From an uncultured delta proteobacterium (lineage in GTDB: Bacteria; Desulfobacterota; Desulfobacteria; Desulfobacterales; Desulfatirhabdiaceae), in contig CAWBKP010000005.1 in NCBI GenBank assembly GCA_963789395.1, forward strand, positions 1-64,000: DNA of 64,000 nucleotides, in the 5' to 3' direction. The position numbers were made by a program, and so were the translations under genes. Below are positions 52,863-63,502 of this stretch, piece after piece (position 1 is the stretch's first letter; each line of letters begins with the position of its first letter). The notes under the pieces are model-generated. The model ran no database searches and was not told where the DNA came from. It worked only from the letters and a program-made list of their open reading frames with translations.

Positions 52863-53903
52863 TTATCGTCCCTGGCTGAACTGCACCCGGGGATCCACAA
52901 GCGCCACACAGAGATCAGAGAGGATATTGCCGATCATGAAGAGCAGCGAAGAGATGACCAGAATCCCCATTACTACCGGATAGTCCCGGTCAATGACCGA
53001 TTCATATCCCAACAATCCCATCCCGTTGATGTTAAAAACTTTTTCAATGAGAAAAGAGCCGCTCAGGATAATGGAAAGATTGTCTCCGAAGGTTGTGGCA
53101 ACAGGAATCAGGCTGTTTCGCAGCGCATGGCGGAAAACCGCCTGTTTAAAGGAAAGCCCCTTGGCGATCGCGGTTCGCACATAATCCGCGGACAGGTTGT
53201 CCATCAGGGCATTCTTCATTAAGAGGGTGAGAACCGAAAAAGACCCCAGCATGTATGCAGTCAGCGGCAAAGCGGTATGCCAGAGCAGGTCCCCGATTTT
53301 ATGAAAAGTGGTAAACTCCTCGAAATCATCGCTCACCAGCCCTCCCAGCGGAAAAACCTCCCAGTGAGACGCCAGAAGGACAAGAAGCAGCACCCCTACC
53401 ACCCAGCCGGGAATAGCGTATCCCGTAAACACGACAACGGACGTGACATTATCATATGTGCTCTTGTGCCGGACCGCCTTGGAAATGCCCAGCGGAATAC
53501 AGACCCCGTAAACCATCACCATCGAAAACAGCCCGAAATACAGGGATATGGGAATTCGGCTGCGAATCATCTGCCATACCGGTTCATAATAACGGGTAGA
53601 CATTCCCAGATCACCGCTCAGCACCTTTGCCAGCCACTGGCCATAGCTGACGAGAATGGGTTTGTCAAACCCGTAATAGGCTTTCAGTACCTGGATCTGG
53701 TCGGCGGAAAGCGGTTGCCGCTGACTCTCGCCGGCAGACCCTGTGGATCTTCCGCCTTCCCTGCCCTGCATCTGCTGGGCTTGAAGCATCATCCGTTCAA
53801 TGGGGCCGCCCGGAACCACCCGTGTAATGGCAAAAACCAGAACCGTGATCCCCAGAAACGTCGGAACGATCAGCAACGCCCTTCGGATAAAATAGGCTGT
53901 CAC
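52863..53903 (-). CDS. Peptide ABC transporter permease (YejB/OppB-like)
   Basis: YFIRR...PT.LGIT, PGGP, YVRTAIAKGL, HALRNSLIP and RDYPVV motifs. Confidence 0.92.
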   Translation of the reverse strand: MTAYFIRRALLIVPTFLGITVLVFAITRVVPGGPIERMMLQAQQMQGREGGRSTGSAGESQRQPLSADQIQVLKAYYGFDKPILVSYGQWLAKVLSGDLGMSTRYYEPVWQMIRSRIPISLYFGLFSMVMVYGVCIPLGISKAVRHKSTYDNVTSVVVFTGYAIPGWVVGVLLLVLLASHWEVFPLGGLVSDDFEEFTTFHKIGDLLWHTALPLTAYMLGSFSVLTLLMKNALMDNLSADYVRTAIAKGLSFKQAVFRHALRNSLIPVATTFGDNLSIILSGSFLIEKVFNINGMGLLGYESVIDRDYPVVMGILVISSLLFMIGNILSDLCVALVDPRVQFSQGR

Positions 53904-53906
53904 CGT

Positions 53907-54860
53907 CTATTTGACCTGAATGCCTTCAAGTTTCCACATAGCGGAATCAATCGGCCGTGCAAATGTCCAGAATTCCTCGAATTTAACAGGTTCCGTGCTG
54001 TCGCCCTTCACCACCTTGCCGCTGGATTCCTCAACCGTATAATCCAGGAGATTGGCTGTAAACAGCACCTTGATATACACTTCCTGGCCTTCCGAACCCG
54101 CATCGACAATTTCAATATTTCGAACCGCAATGTTTTCAAGCCGGTTGATCAGCCCTTTTTGTTTGAGATCCGCAAACTGAACGTCATATTCGGATTTCAA
54201 TTGCTGGCCGATAAGTCCCTGAACCGATGCGGTGTCCCGTCGCATCCAGGCAGCCTGAACCTTGAAAAATACATCCTGGGCGATTTCCTTGAATTTCTCG
54301 AGATCAAAATCCGGCTCCGACTGTTTAACAAGATCAAAACCACTTGCAGCAGGCATGGGATACGCGGGCGGCTGCAAATTCGGCCCCTGAAAGCCGGCCG
54401 GCTGTGAATTGCCGGAGGAAAGCGGATTAAAAAGCGATGATAGGGAATTCCGCGACCCCATATTGGGTTTGATGAATCGCTTGTATATAAAAAACCCTAT
54501 CCCTCCGATAATCAATAAATCGAATAAGCCGATGCCACCACCGCCGCCATTCCCGCCGGCATACCCGGATCTGCCAAAGAGCATATTGCCGATCATTCCG
54601 CCCACAAGACCGCCGCCAACTCCACGCATAAAACTGCTGCCGCCACCGCCAAATGACCCGCTACCCGGCGAAGGGCTGGAAGGGCTGCCGAAGGATCTGG
54701 ACGGGCTGCTTCCGAATCCACCGCTTCTTGAGCCGCCAAAGGATCTGCCGCCGCTGCTGGATCTGGCATCCGCCAGATCGGAAAGGCCCATGACAATCAG
54801 CGCGGCAAATAGTAACCCCAGCAAGGTTATCCGCTTCATGGATGAAATCTGAGTGAACAT
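53907..54860 (-). CDS. Tim44-domain protein
   Basis: Signal peptide, Gly/Ser-rich region, and F.KVQAAW...D, NRLENI and EEFWTFAR....WKL.GI motifs. Confidence 0.88.
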   Translation of the reverse strand: MFTQISSMKRITLLGLLFAALIVMGLSDLADARSSSGGRSFGGSRSGGFGSSPSRSFGSPSSPSPGSGSFGGGGSSFMRGVGGGLVGGMIGNMLFGRSGYAGGNGGGGGIGLFDLLIIGGIGFFIYKRFIKPNMGSRNSLSSLFNPLSSGNSQPAGFQGPNLQPPAYPMPAASGFDLVKQSEPDFDLEKFKEIAQDVFFKVQAAWMRRDTASVQGLIGQQLKSEYDVQFADLKQKGLINRLENIAVRNIEIVDAGSEGQEVYIKVLFTANLLDYTVEESSGKVVKGDSTEPVKFEEFWTFARPIDSAMWKLEGIQVK

Positions 54861-54979
54861 AACACGCCTCCAATACGGAAAAGTAAAAAGCATTCTGTTT
54901 TTGATTAGAATTGGTTTAATCCAGGATGGTTCTCCGGGTAAATTACACCTGGCCGCGATTACTGTTGTTCAGCCGCTTT

Positions 54980-55774
54980 CTATGGATCAATCTCAACAAT
55001 TGTCCGGCAAACGATGCCACCGTCCGGCAGCGGGAAATCCCTTCGAACCGGATGCAGCTTTTTTTTTGCAAACAGCTGAACACATTCAGGATAGAGAATC
55101 CATTCCTGCTCCAGCCCTTTTTTCTTGATGCTGTCCAGTGTATCGTCGGGATGAATCGGAAATGCCCGCTGTCCGATAATCGGTCCCGAATCCTCCCCGT
55201 AATCCACAAAATGTACGGTGCAGCCCCCCACCTTGCAGCCATGGCGAAACGTGTCCCCGTAACCGTCGGTTCCGGGAAATGCAGGAAGAATAGCCGGGTG
55301 GATGTTCATAATCCGCAGCCTCTCGGGGGGGACGTTGACCCGGTCGATAAAATAAGGGGTCAAATTTCGCATGAACCCGGCAAGAACGAGAAGGTCAAAT
55401 TCATATCGGGCCATTTCCATTAAGAGTTCGGATTCGGCTATGGCACGGGATTTCAGAAAATCCGTGACACGATGACACGGAGCATCTTTCGGAAAAATAT
55501 GTTGTTTGCCCTGACATTCCGACAAAATAAAATCGGCGGGCAACCGTGATTTTCCGGTATTGCCGCGAAAGTTCCGGATTATGGCGCCATAGTCCACGAC
55601 GAAATCGGGAATACCATGATGTCGCGCCCTGACAAGGCCGGATGCAGCGTGGTTGTCGGATCCCACAAAAACCATCCTGCCGTTAATATTTCCGGATTCA
55701 CAGGCATCGATAATGGCCTGAAGGTTGGTACCCCCTCCGGAAATCAACGCCCCGATACGGATTGCTGTATCCAT
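54980..55774 (-). CDS. purN: Phosphoribosylglycinamide formyltransferase
   Basis: LISGGGTNLQA, LAGFMR, NIHPAILPAFPG, GCTVHFVD.GEDSGPII and EW.LYP motifs. Confidence 0.93.
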   Translation of the reverse strand: MDTAIRIGALISGGGTNLQAIIDACESGNINGRMVFVGSDNHAASGLVRARHHGIPDFVVDYGAIIRNFRGNTGKSRLPADFILSECQGKQHIFPKDAPCHRVTDFLKSRAIAESELLMEMARYEFDLLVLAGFMRNLTPYFIDRVNVPPERLRIMNIHPAILPAFPGTDGYGDTFRHGCKVGGCTVHFVDYGEDSGPIIGQRAFPIHPDDTLDSIKKKGLEQEWILYPECVQLFAKKKLHPVRRDFPLPDGGIVCRTIVEIDP

Positions 55775-55878
55775 CCATTTCTCCTATACAATTTCACCCT
55801 CGTGAGTGCGCCGGAAAATTGATGGGGTTGCGCCCCTTGCCTTAAAATCTTCAACTTCCGGGTCCTGCCTCCTGTACA

Positions 55879-55907
55879 TTGACATTATACAATTATGATA
55901 CTATAAT
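55879..55907 (+). promoter_or_regulatory. Consensus sigma-70 promoter for trxA
   Basis: TTGACA-17 nt-TATAAT, a perfect consensus. A minus-strand TATAAT (55884-55889) may serve purN. Confidence 0.85.
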
Positions 55908-55947
55908 CACTTTTATTAATAAATCAATTTATGAAAGGAACCATGTT

Positions 55948-56277
55948 ATGGCAGAAAATGTACTTGAAATTGATGACGGCCGTTTTGAAGCAGAAGTATT
56001 GCAGGAGCAGACACCGGTGTTGGTGGATTTTTGGGCACCCTGGTGCGGACCCTGCCGGGCCATCGGCCCTGTTGTGGAAGAGCTTTCCGTAAAATTCGGC
56101 GACAAAATCAAGTTTAAAAAATGCAATGTGGATGACAACCCCCTTACCCCATCCAAATATGGTATCAAATCCATTCCCACCCTGATTTTCTTTAAAGGCG
56201 GAAAGGTATTCAACCAGGTGGTCGGCGTCGTTGCAAAATCCAAACTTGAAGAAATGATCAACAATGTGCTGGCTTAA
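55948..56277 (+). CDS. trxA: Thioredoxin
   Basis: VDFWAPWCGPC and SIPTL motifs; AAGGA SD. Confidence 0.95.
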   Translation: MAENVLEIDDGRFEAEVLQEQTPVLVDFWAPWCGPCRAIGPVVEELSVKFGDKIKFKKCNVDDNPLTPSKYGIKSIPTLIFFKGGKVFNQVVGVVAKSKLEEMINNVLA

Positions 56278-56406
56278 CAGAAACGACTTTGTCGATCTGT
56301 TTATATTCCCTCATCACGCTGTGAGCTCAATTAAAACAAACCTGATCGTTATCTGTCCCACCCGGGGATGATGATGGATCACAGCTTATCAACTGGTCAT
56401 TCATCT

Positions 56407-57096
56407 ATGAAATACAAATTGATCTTGCCGGTTGTGGCAATGTTGGTGTTTTCCGGCTGTTCCTTGTTTTTTGACAAAAAAACAGATGATAAGACCGCCC
56501 AGGAACTCGTCAACGATGGCATGGAGGCATACAACAGTCAACGTTACCGCTCTTCCCTGGAATCATTCGAAAAGCTGAAAGACTGGTATCCGTTCAGCAA
56601 GTACGCCATACTGGCAGAACTGAAGATTGCGGATGCGCATTTTTATCTGGAAGAGTACGAAGCTGCCAGTGTCGCATATGAGTCTTTCGAAAACCTGCAT
56701 CCCCGCAATGAAGCCACGCCTTATGTAGTTTTTCAAAGGGGTCTGTGCTACATTAAACAGATGGAAACTGTCGACAGGGATCAGACTTCGGCTAAAAAGG
56801 CCATTGAAATCTTCAACCGTCTCAAGAAGGCGTATCCGACTTCTGAATACGCCGCTCAGGCTGATGCCTATATCCAGCAATCCCTGAAAAACATGGCCGG
56901 CCACGAATTCTATGTGGGTGAATTTTATTTCAAGAACAAGCGCTATCAAGCAGCCATTGTGCGGTTCAGAAATGTTGTTTCCAATTTTCCCGATGTGGGC
57001 CTCACCGAAAAAGCGCTGGGGAATATTGCCCGATGCGACGTTGAGCTGGCAAAACAAGCTGCAACAGAAAAAAAAGCGTGGTGGTCCTTGTGGTGA
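56407..57096 (+). CDS. bamD: Outer membrane protein assembly factor BamD
   Basis: Lipobox FSGC, YPFSKYA, HP.NE, DRDQ and HEFYVGEFY motifs. Confidence 0.92.
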   Translation: MKYKLILPVVAMLVFSGCSLFFDKKTDDKTAQELVNDGMEAYNSQRYRSSLESFEKLKDWYPFSKYAILAELKIADAHFYLEEYEAASVAYESFENLHPRNEATPYVVFQRGLCYIKQMETVDRDQTSAKKAIEIFNRLKKAYPTSEYAAQADAYIQQSLKNMAGHEFYVGEFYFKNKRYQAAIVRFRNVVSNFPDVGLTEKALGNIARCDVELAKQAATEKKAWWSLW

Positions 57097-57299
57097 CGGC
57101 GCCCGCCGTCTAAAAGCTACAACATTGAGGCGGTTGCTTATTCCGGCCCGAGGGATAAATTGCTTTACACCTGAGTGAATTTGCGCTAAATAGATTGATT
57201 CGGTTTGAGGATCAACATTACCAAAGAAGCATGTGAAAACCGGGGATTTGAAAACTTGCTTCAAATTTTGTGATTTATAAGAAATACGGAGATACGATT

Positions 57300-57491
57300 A
57301 TGTCCATGATTTGTGAAATTTGCGGAAAAAAACCCCTGATCGGCTGCAATGTCAGCCATGCACACAACGTCAGCAAGCGCCGATTCAACCCGAACCTGCA
57401 ACGGGTTCGATCATTGAATAACGGCAGAGTTCAAAAGATCATGGTATGCACCAACTGCATCAAGTCCGGGCGTATTGTAAAAGCCCCTTAA
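57300..57491 (+). CDS. rpmB: 50S ribosomal protein L28 (Zn-ribbon form)
   Basis: CEICGK...NVSHAHN.SKRRF.PNLQ...VCTNCIKSG. Confidence 0.95.
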   Translation: MSMICEICGKKPLIGCNVSHAHNVSKRRFNPNLQRVRSLNNGRVQKIMVCTNCIKSGRIVKAP

Positions 57492-59638
57492 TGATCAATG
57501 CGCTGAACGTCCTGGATAGCCTTTACCTTCCGAATTTCAGATATCAACCGGTTCAGATGCTCGGTATTGCGAATCGCCAGTGTAAACAGGCTATCCACCA
57601 GTTCAGTCTCGCCGATTTTTGAATTTGCGCTGAGAATATTTGCTCCGTTCTTACTGATGGTCATTGCCAGATCCGCCAGCAACCCTACCCGATCAAAAGA
57701 TTTAACATGTATTTTAACCGGATACGTCTCCGTGATCGTTTCATCCCACTCCACATCGATCTGCCTCTCCGGATCCATCGTCAGCGCATTGATACAGCTT
57801 GCCCGGTGAATCGTCACCCCGTAGCCGCGGGTAATATATCCGGTAATCGCATCTCCCGGCACAGGTTCACAACACTTTCCGAACTTTACCAGGATGTCGT
57901 CCATCCCCTTTACAATCACACCCCCGGTTTTTGATTTTTTCTTTCGAACCTTTCCGATAATCTTATCCAGAAAAGATTCCTGAAGCTCTTCCGGATCGGC
58001 TTTTACGGAAAATCTACGGATGATCTGCAAGGGGGTTATCTTGCCATATCCCACGCTGGCAAACAGATCATCGACAGCCTTGAACCCAAAATGGGCAACC
58101 GCTTCATCCATTTCCGATGATTTGATCAACTCACCAAAATTAAGTCGATTTTTCCGAAATGCCTTGTCGCACATTTCACGGCCAAGACTGATACTGCGAT
58201 CTTTTTCCTGCGCTCGCACCCATTGCTGTATTTTGGAGCGCGCCTTGACTGTTTTGACAAAGCCGAGCCAATCCTTGCTGGGATAATGGTTTTTTGTCGT
58301 GATGATTTCGACACTGTCGCCGGTTGCAAGCTGATACTGGAGCGGAACGATCCGGCTGTTCACTTTTGCGCCCGTGCACTGGTTGCCCACCTCCGTATGA
58401 ATCATATAGGCAAAATCAACCGGAGTCGCTCCTTTGGGAAGGGCTCTGACTTCCCCCCGAGGTGTAAATACATAGACGTCGTCCGGAAACAGGTCCAGAC
58501 GGACATTTTCCATGAACTCATTGGGATTGCGGATATTTTGCTGATTCTCGATGAGGTTTTGAATCCAGGCGAACTGCCGGGTAACCGCCTCATCGGCTTT
58601 CCGGCCTTCTTTGTAGCTCCAGTGTGCGGCGATGCCGACCTTGGCAACCTTGTCCATCTCCCAGGTCCGGATCTGAATTTCGATGCGTTTGCCTTCCGGG
58701 CCAATGACCGTGGTATGAAGGGACTGATACATATTGGCCTTGGGCCTGCCGATATAGTCCTTGATCTTGGAGTCGATCGGCTTCCACAAACTGTGAATCA
58801 GTCCAAGCGCCGCATAGCATTGGGTAACGTTGTCGAGAATGATTCTGAACGCGATGATATCGTAGATTTCTTCAAAAGGCAGGGACTGTTTGATCATTTT
58901 CTGGCGGATGCTGAACAGATTTTTATATCTTCCCATCACCTGGCATTTCAGGCTGTTTTCAGCCATGATCTCGCGGATCAGTACCTTGACTTTTTCGATA
59001 TAGGTTTCCCGCTCGATCATATCCTTGCTGAGCAGATACTTGATGTTTTCATAATCATCGGGCTGAATATACCGGAACGACATGTCCTCCAGTTCGTTTT
59101 TTATCCAGTATATACCCAGTCTGGATGCGATCGGCGCATAAATGTCGAGGGTTTCCTGGGCAATTTCCTGTTTGCGTTTCTCGCTTTTATGAAATTGAAG
59201 GGTCCGCATGTTGTGAATCCGGTCGGCCAGCTTAATGAGGATGACCCGGATATCATCGGCCATGGCCAGCAACATTTTTCGAATGCTTTCCGCCTGCCTT
59301 GCCTGAGAACTGTCAAAAGTCACCGAACTCAGTTTCGTAACACCGGATACGATATGGAGCACCTCGGAGCCGAAAATTTCCCCGATTTCTTCAGGCGTGG
59401 CATGGGTATCCTCAATGACATCGTGAAGCAGGCCGGCCGCAATACTGACAGGATCCAGATTCATGTCGGCCAGAATTCCCGCCACCTCCAGCGGATGAGA
59501 CAGATAGGGCTCTCCGCTCAGACGCACCTGGCCATCATGCACCCTTGCTGAATATACATATGCCCGTTCAACCAGACCGGTGTCTGCTTCAGGGTCATTA
59601 TCGGTAATTTTGTCCAGAATATCGTTGATCCGAATCAT
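57488..59638 (-). CDS. relA: Bifunctional (p)ppGpp synthetase/hydrolase Rel/SpoT
   Basis: [37 protein letters not shown] and EIQIRT motifs, plus TGS and ACT domains. Confidence 0.95.
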   Translation of the reverse strand: MIRINDILDKITDNDPEADTGLVERAYVYSARVHDGQVRLSGEPYLSHPLEVAGILADMNLDPVSIAAGLLHDVIEDTHATPEEIGEIFGSEVLHIVSGVTKLSSVTFDSSQARQAESIRKMLLAMADDIRVILIKLADRIHNMRTLQFHKSEKRKQEIAQETLDIYAPIASRLGIYWIKNELEDMSFRYIQPDDYENIKYLLSKDMIERETYIEKVKVLIREIMAENSLKCQVMGRYKNLFSIRQKMIKQSLPFEEIYDIIAFRIILDNVTQCYAALGLIHSLWKPIDSKIKDYIGRPKANMYQSLHTTVIGPEGKRIEIQIRTWEMDKVAKVGIAAHWSYKEGRKADEAVTRQFAWIQNLIENQQNIRNPNEFMENVRLDLFPDDVYVFTPRGEVRALPKGATPVDFAYMIHTEVGNQCTGAKVNSRIVPLQYQLATGDSVEIITTKNHYPSKDWLGFVKTVKARSKIQQWVRAQEKDRSISLGREMCDKAFRKNRLNFGELIKSSEMDEAVAHFGFKAVDDLFASVGYGKITPLQIIRRFSVKADPEELQESFLDKIIGKVRKKKSKTGGVIVKGMDDILVKFGKCCEPVPGDAITGYITRGYGVTIHRASCINALTMDPERQIDVEWDETITETYPVKIHVKSFDRVGLLADLAMTISKNGANILSANSKIGETELVDSLFTLAIRNTEHLNRLISEIRKVKAIQDVQRIDH

Positions 59639-59670
59639 GTTCGTACTCGTATAGATAACCGCAAACAAAC

Positions 59671-61191
59671 CTAATAGGCTTTGGCAAAGACCACCCGTTG
59701 CCCGCTTGGCGCGCTGCAACAGACACACTGACCGGTTTCGGGCTTGCTGTCAAAGGGGATGCACCGAATGGTCACGCTGAGATCTTCCTTGATGGTCGCC
59801 TCACAAGCCGGAGAACCACACCAGTGGGACATGGCGAAGCCACCATGGATTTCCGGTTTCTCCAGATTTTTTGCTGTAAAATACTCATAAAAATCCACTT
59901 TGTCGTCAATTTTTCGGGTATGCTCATCCCTAAAACTGAGGGCACGCTCATAAAGCACGAGTTGAATTTCATCCAGGATCTGGGGAATTTCCGCAAGAAA
60001 CTGTGCACGGGTCATGGACACCTTCTCTTTATGACTTTTGTCGCGACGTGCAAAGACTACAGAATTTTCCGCCATGTCCCGGGGGCCGATTTCAACCCGG
60101 ATGGGAATCCCTTTCCGGATCCAGTCCCAGCCTCTGGCCCCGCCGATGTCCCTGTCGTCGATTTCCACTTGAATTCTGCGGTGGTGATAGTCCAGATCTC
60201 GCAATTTGGAAGCAAGCCGCTGGGTATAGGACATGATCTCGGCGCGCTCATCAGCATTTCGAATGATCGGCAGCAGGACCACGTGGGCGGAGGCGATCAT
60301 TGGCGGCAGGATGACACCGTCGTCATCCCCATGCGTCATGATGACCCCACCGATCATCCGGGTTGACGCCCCCCAGGACGTTGTCCATCCATATTCCTCG
60401 GTTTCTTCCCGCGTCTGGTATTTGATCTGGGAAGCTTTTGCAAAATTCTGCCCCAGAAAATGGGATGTTCCGGCCTGAAGGGCTTTTCGATCCTGCATCA
60501 TGGCTTCGATGCAAAGGGTTTCGACGGCTCCGGGGAAGGTCTCGGCAAGGCTCTTTTTGCCGCGAATCACAGGTATGGCCAGATACTCTTCCACAAATTT
60601 TGCATACACATCCAGCATCATCAGGGTCCGTTCATAGGCTTCTTCGGAAGTGGCATGCACCGTATGGCCTTCCTGCCACAGAAACTCGCTGGTGCGCAGA
60701 AAAATGCGGGTCCGCATTTCCCAGCGCACCACGTTCCCCCACTGGTTCAACAGCATGGGCAGATCACGGTAACTGCTGATCCACTTGGAAAAGGCATCGC
60801 CGATGATGGTTTCGGAGGTTGGCCGAACCACCAGCGGTTCGGTGAGTTTGCCGGCCGGAACAAGCTCGCCATTCGGCCCTTTTTCCAGGCGGTGATGGGT
60901 CACAACAGCGCATTCCTTGGCAAACCCCTCGACATGCTCGGCTTCTTTCTGGAGAAAACTAAGGGGAATGAACAAGGGGAAATAGGCGTTCTTAACCCCG
61001 GTTTCCTTGAACATGTCGTCCAGTATCCGCACCATGTTTTCCCACAGGGCATACCCCCAGGGCTTAATCACCATACAACCCCTTACCGGGGAGTTTTCAG
61101 CCATTTCAGAGGCCTTGACCACCTGCTGGTACCACTCCGGATAATCTTCCAGCCGTGTCGGCGTGATTGCCGTCTTTTCTTTTTTTGCCAT
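59671..61191 (-). CDS. proS: Proline--tRNA ligase, archaeal/eukaryotic type
   Basis: EAEHVEGFAKE, RPTSET, FLRTSEFLWQEGHT, QAGTSHFLGQNF and C-terminal FAKAY. Confidence 0.95.
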   Translation of the reverse strand: MAKKEKTAITPTRLEDYPEWYQQVVKASEMAENSPVRGCMVIKPWGYALWENMVRILDDMFKETGVKNAYFPLFIPLSFLQKEAEHVEGFAKECAVVTHHRLEKGPNGELVPAGKLTEPLVVRPTSETIIGDAFSKWISSYRDLPMLLNQWGNVVRWEMRTRIFLRTSEFLWQEGHTVHATSEEAYERTLMMLDVYAKFVEEYLAIPVIRGKKSLAETFPGAVETLCIEAMMQDRKALQAGTSHFLGQNFAKASQIKYQTREETEEYGWTTSWGASTRMIGGVIMTHGDDDGVILPPMIASAHVVLLPIIRNADERAEIMSYTQRLASKLRDLDYHHRRIQVEIDDRDIGGARGWDWIRKGIPIRVEIGPRDMAENSVVFARRDKSHKEKVSMTRAQFLAEIPQILDEIQLVLYERALSFRDEHTRKIDDKVDFYEYFTAKNLEKPEIHGGFAMSHWCGSPACEATIKEDLSVTIRCIPFDSKPETGQCVCCSAPSGQRVVFAKAY

Positions 61192-61206
61192 AATCATCCT
61201 TTCAGT

Positions 61207-62334
61207 TCATTTGCTTGAAAGCGGGCAAGGACTCGCACCTTCATGCCGGGTTGGCGCTTCAGGATCATCCGCCGCCATTCCGGCGACCTGGCTTAGCAGT
61301 GCCGCCACCAGATTTTCCTGGGGCAACTGTTCGATCACCTTGCCCTGCTTGAACAAAATGCCGGCTCCATCGCCGCCGGCGATTCCGATATCCGCTTCGC
61401 GTGCTTCTCCGGGGCCATTGACCACACAGCCCATAATCGCAATTTTAATGTCCAGCCTGCTGGTTGACAATGCTTTTTCGACCTGTTCCACCGTGTCAAA
61501 AAGATTGTACCTGCACCTGCCGCAGGTCGGGCAGGAGATGATCTCCGGGCCCCTTCTGCGGATGTTGAGTGCCTTCAGGATTTCAAAGCCGGTGCGAATC
61601 TCTTCCACCGGATCACGGGTGAGCGACACCCGAAGCGTGTCGCCGATCCCTTCATAGAGAAGCATCCCGATGCCGAGTGTGGATTTAACGATTCCCGAAT
61701 ACAGCGAGCCGGCTTCGGTCACCCCGACATGCAGGGGCAGATCGGTTTTTGCCGAAAGAAGCCGGTAAGCTTCCAGGGTCCGGTGAACATCGGATGCCTT
61801 GATGGATACTTTCAGCTCGTGAAAATCCATGGAACGCAATATGTCGATATGCCGAAGCGCGCTTTCAACCATTGCTTGCGCATTGACGCCGTGATATTTT
61901 TTTACTATATCTTTTTCCAATGATCCGGAATTTACGCCGATTCGGATGGGAATCCGGCAGGATTTTGCGCAGCTGACGACAGCCTGAATTTTTTTAAGGC
62001 CGCCGATATTGCCGGGATTGATGCGAAGCGCGTCCGCCCCTGCCTTTGCAGCTGCAATGGCTAGACGATAATCAAAATGAATATCGCCTATCAGCGGAAT
62101 GGCGATCTGTTTTTTGATGGCGGAAATCGCCCCGGCCGCTTCCCTGTCCGGAACAGCCACCCGAACGATTTCGCAGCCTGCTGCTTCCAGCCGATGAATC
62201 TGAGCAACCGTGGCCGCAATGTCCTGGGTAAACGTATTGGTCATGGATTGAACCGCTATTGGCGCCATGCCGCCAATTACAACAGACCCCACTCGAATCT
62301 GCCGGGTGGGTTTACGCTGGATGGGGAGTGTCAT
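61207..62334 (-). CDS. ispG: 4-hydroxy-3-methylbut-2-enyl-diphosphate synthase
   Basis: VQSMTNT, DIHF, RINPGNIG, RIGVNSGSL, SCPTCGR and MGCVVNGPGEA motifs. Confidence 0.96.
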   Translation of the reverse strand: MTLPIQRKPTRQIRVGSVVIGGMAPIAVQSMTNTFTQDIAATVAQIHRLEAAGCEIVRVAVPDREAAGAISAIKKQIAIPLIGDIHFDYRLAIAAAKAGADALRINPGNIGGLKKIQAVVSCAKSCRIPIRIGVNSGSLEKDIVKKYHGVNAQAMVESALRHIDILRSMDFHELKVSIKASDVHRTLEAYRLLSAKTDLPLHVGVTEAGSLYSGIVKSTLGIGMLLYEGIGDTLRVSLTRDPVEEIRTGFEILKALNIRRRGPEIISCPTCGRCRYNLFDTVEQVEKALSTSRLDIKIAIMGCVVNGPGEAREADIGIAGGDGAGILFKQGKVIEQLPQENLVAALLSQVAGMAADDPEAPTRHEGASPCPLSSK

Positions 62335-62462
62335 AAATCCATCATGTTAGAGGAATGAACAAAAACCGGACAGCATGCAACCAAACGGCATGCATCATTT
62401 TTCTTACTTCAATTTTTGCTGAAAAACAAATACAAATCGCAACCTGCAAGGAGAATCTATTC

Positions 62463-62876
62463 ATGAAGCCAAATAACGACCCGGATACCGTCGAAGATAC
62501 AACGCGCATTCAGCAGGCCATATCCCAACAGGCAGCCAACCGGAAGCTTGGCTGCGCTGCGGCCTTTGACATTGCCGCCCAACTGAACGTTTCCCCCCAA
62601 ACCATGGGCCACACACTGGATCAAATGGATTATCGCATCACCCATTGTCAGCTTGGGCTTTTTGGACATAGCCCTGAAAAAAAAATCGTGACTCCCGAAA
62701 AGAATATCGATCCCGATCTGAAAGCAGCCATTGAAAGCGCAGCAAAAGACGGCTGTCTCTCCTGCATGGAAGCATGGGGCATTGCCGGTACTCTTCAAAT
62801 TCCGAAAATCGCCGTCAGCAATGCCTGTGAAGGTCTGGGGATGAAAATCAAACCTTGCCAGCTGGGGGCGTTTTAA
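62463..62876 (+). CDS. Hypothetical protein with two internal C..A..IA...CQLG.F repeats
   Basis: LGCAAAFDIA...ITHCQLGLF and LSCMEAWGIA...IKPCQLGAF; AGGAG SD. Confidence 0.75.
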   Translation: MKPNNDPDTVEDTTRIQQAISQQAANRKLGCAAAFDIAAQLNVSPQTMGHTLDQMDYRITHCQLGLFGHSPEKKIVTPEKNIDPDLKAAIESAAKDGCLSCMEAWGIAGTLQIPKIAVSNACEGLGMKIKPCQLGAF

Positions 62877-62945
62877 CACGGTGATGTTACAAGACGAAGT
62901 GCCGGATCAAATCCGCATGACAGGAGAAAGCAAACTTTCCGGAGT

Positions 62946-63451
62946 TTAATATTTAATCAGCATTCTTGATTTCAGCAAGGGCAATGGATCAATCATGTGG
63001 CGGGCGAACCAGCCGGTTTTCGGTTGGATTTGAAACGGCAGGGACAGGATTTCCGAAAAATGGAAAATCGGGATCTTCTGTTTCAGGGTGCACCGGATTT
63101 CAAGATTCAATTGGCACATGGCGCATGACGTAACCATGCACTCGGCGCAGCAATCCATGGCATTCTGAACGATCTGATTGACCATGGGTTCCACCACATC
63201 GGGTCTGGCCACGAACAAGGACGTGCCGCAGCACCTGGATGCATAATTCCAAGCCATGGGACTGGCTCCATAGGCTGCAAAAAGTATTCCCATCAGCTCA
63301 TGGCATGGGACACGGGACAGCCGCTTCCACAGCTCTGGCAATGAACACATCGCCGGAAATTATCGACGGATCAACGGGCGACGGTTTCGCAGAAACCGAT
63401 GTTTCGGCAACAAGTATGATTCTCGGATGTTTTTGCTAAGTTCGTTTCCAT
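62946..63451 (-). pseudogene. hdrC/hdrB-like deletion remnant (HdrC N-terminus joined to HdrB C-terminal CCG domain)
   Basis: From ATG 63451: METNL...FCETVAR*SVDNFRRCVHCQSCGSGCPVSHAM. Another frame from ~63300 reads LMGILFAAYGA...RCCG...VTSCAMCQLNLE...IPIFHFSEIL. Confidence 0.75.
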
Positions 63452-63488
63452 GGATATAAAACTTATCACAAAACACATCGGTCACACA

Positions 63489-63502
63489 TTGACTTATGTC
63501 AA
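63489..63502. promoter_or_regulatory. CRP/FNR-family-like palindromic operator
   Basis: TTGAC-TTAT-GTCAA, ~40 nt upstream of the hdrC remnant start. Confidence 0.55.

Noticed and set aside
57095..57110. Hairpin at the bamD TGA as a SECIS
   Set aside because: BamD is complete at this point, the hairpin overlaps the stop, and there is no redox motif.
63371..63373. In-frame TGA in the hdrC remnant as selenocysteine
   Set aside because: It is not at a Cys-motif position, has no convincing SECIS, and the gene is truncated; more likely a nonsense mutation.
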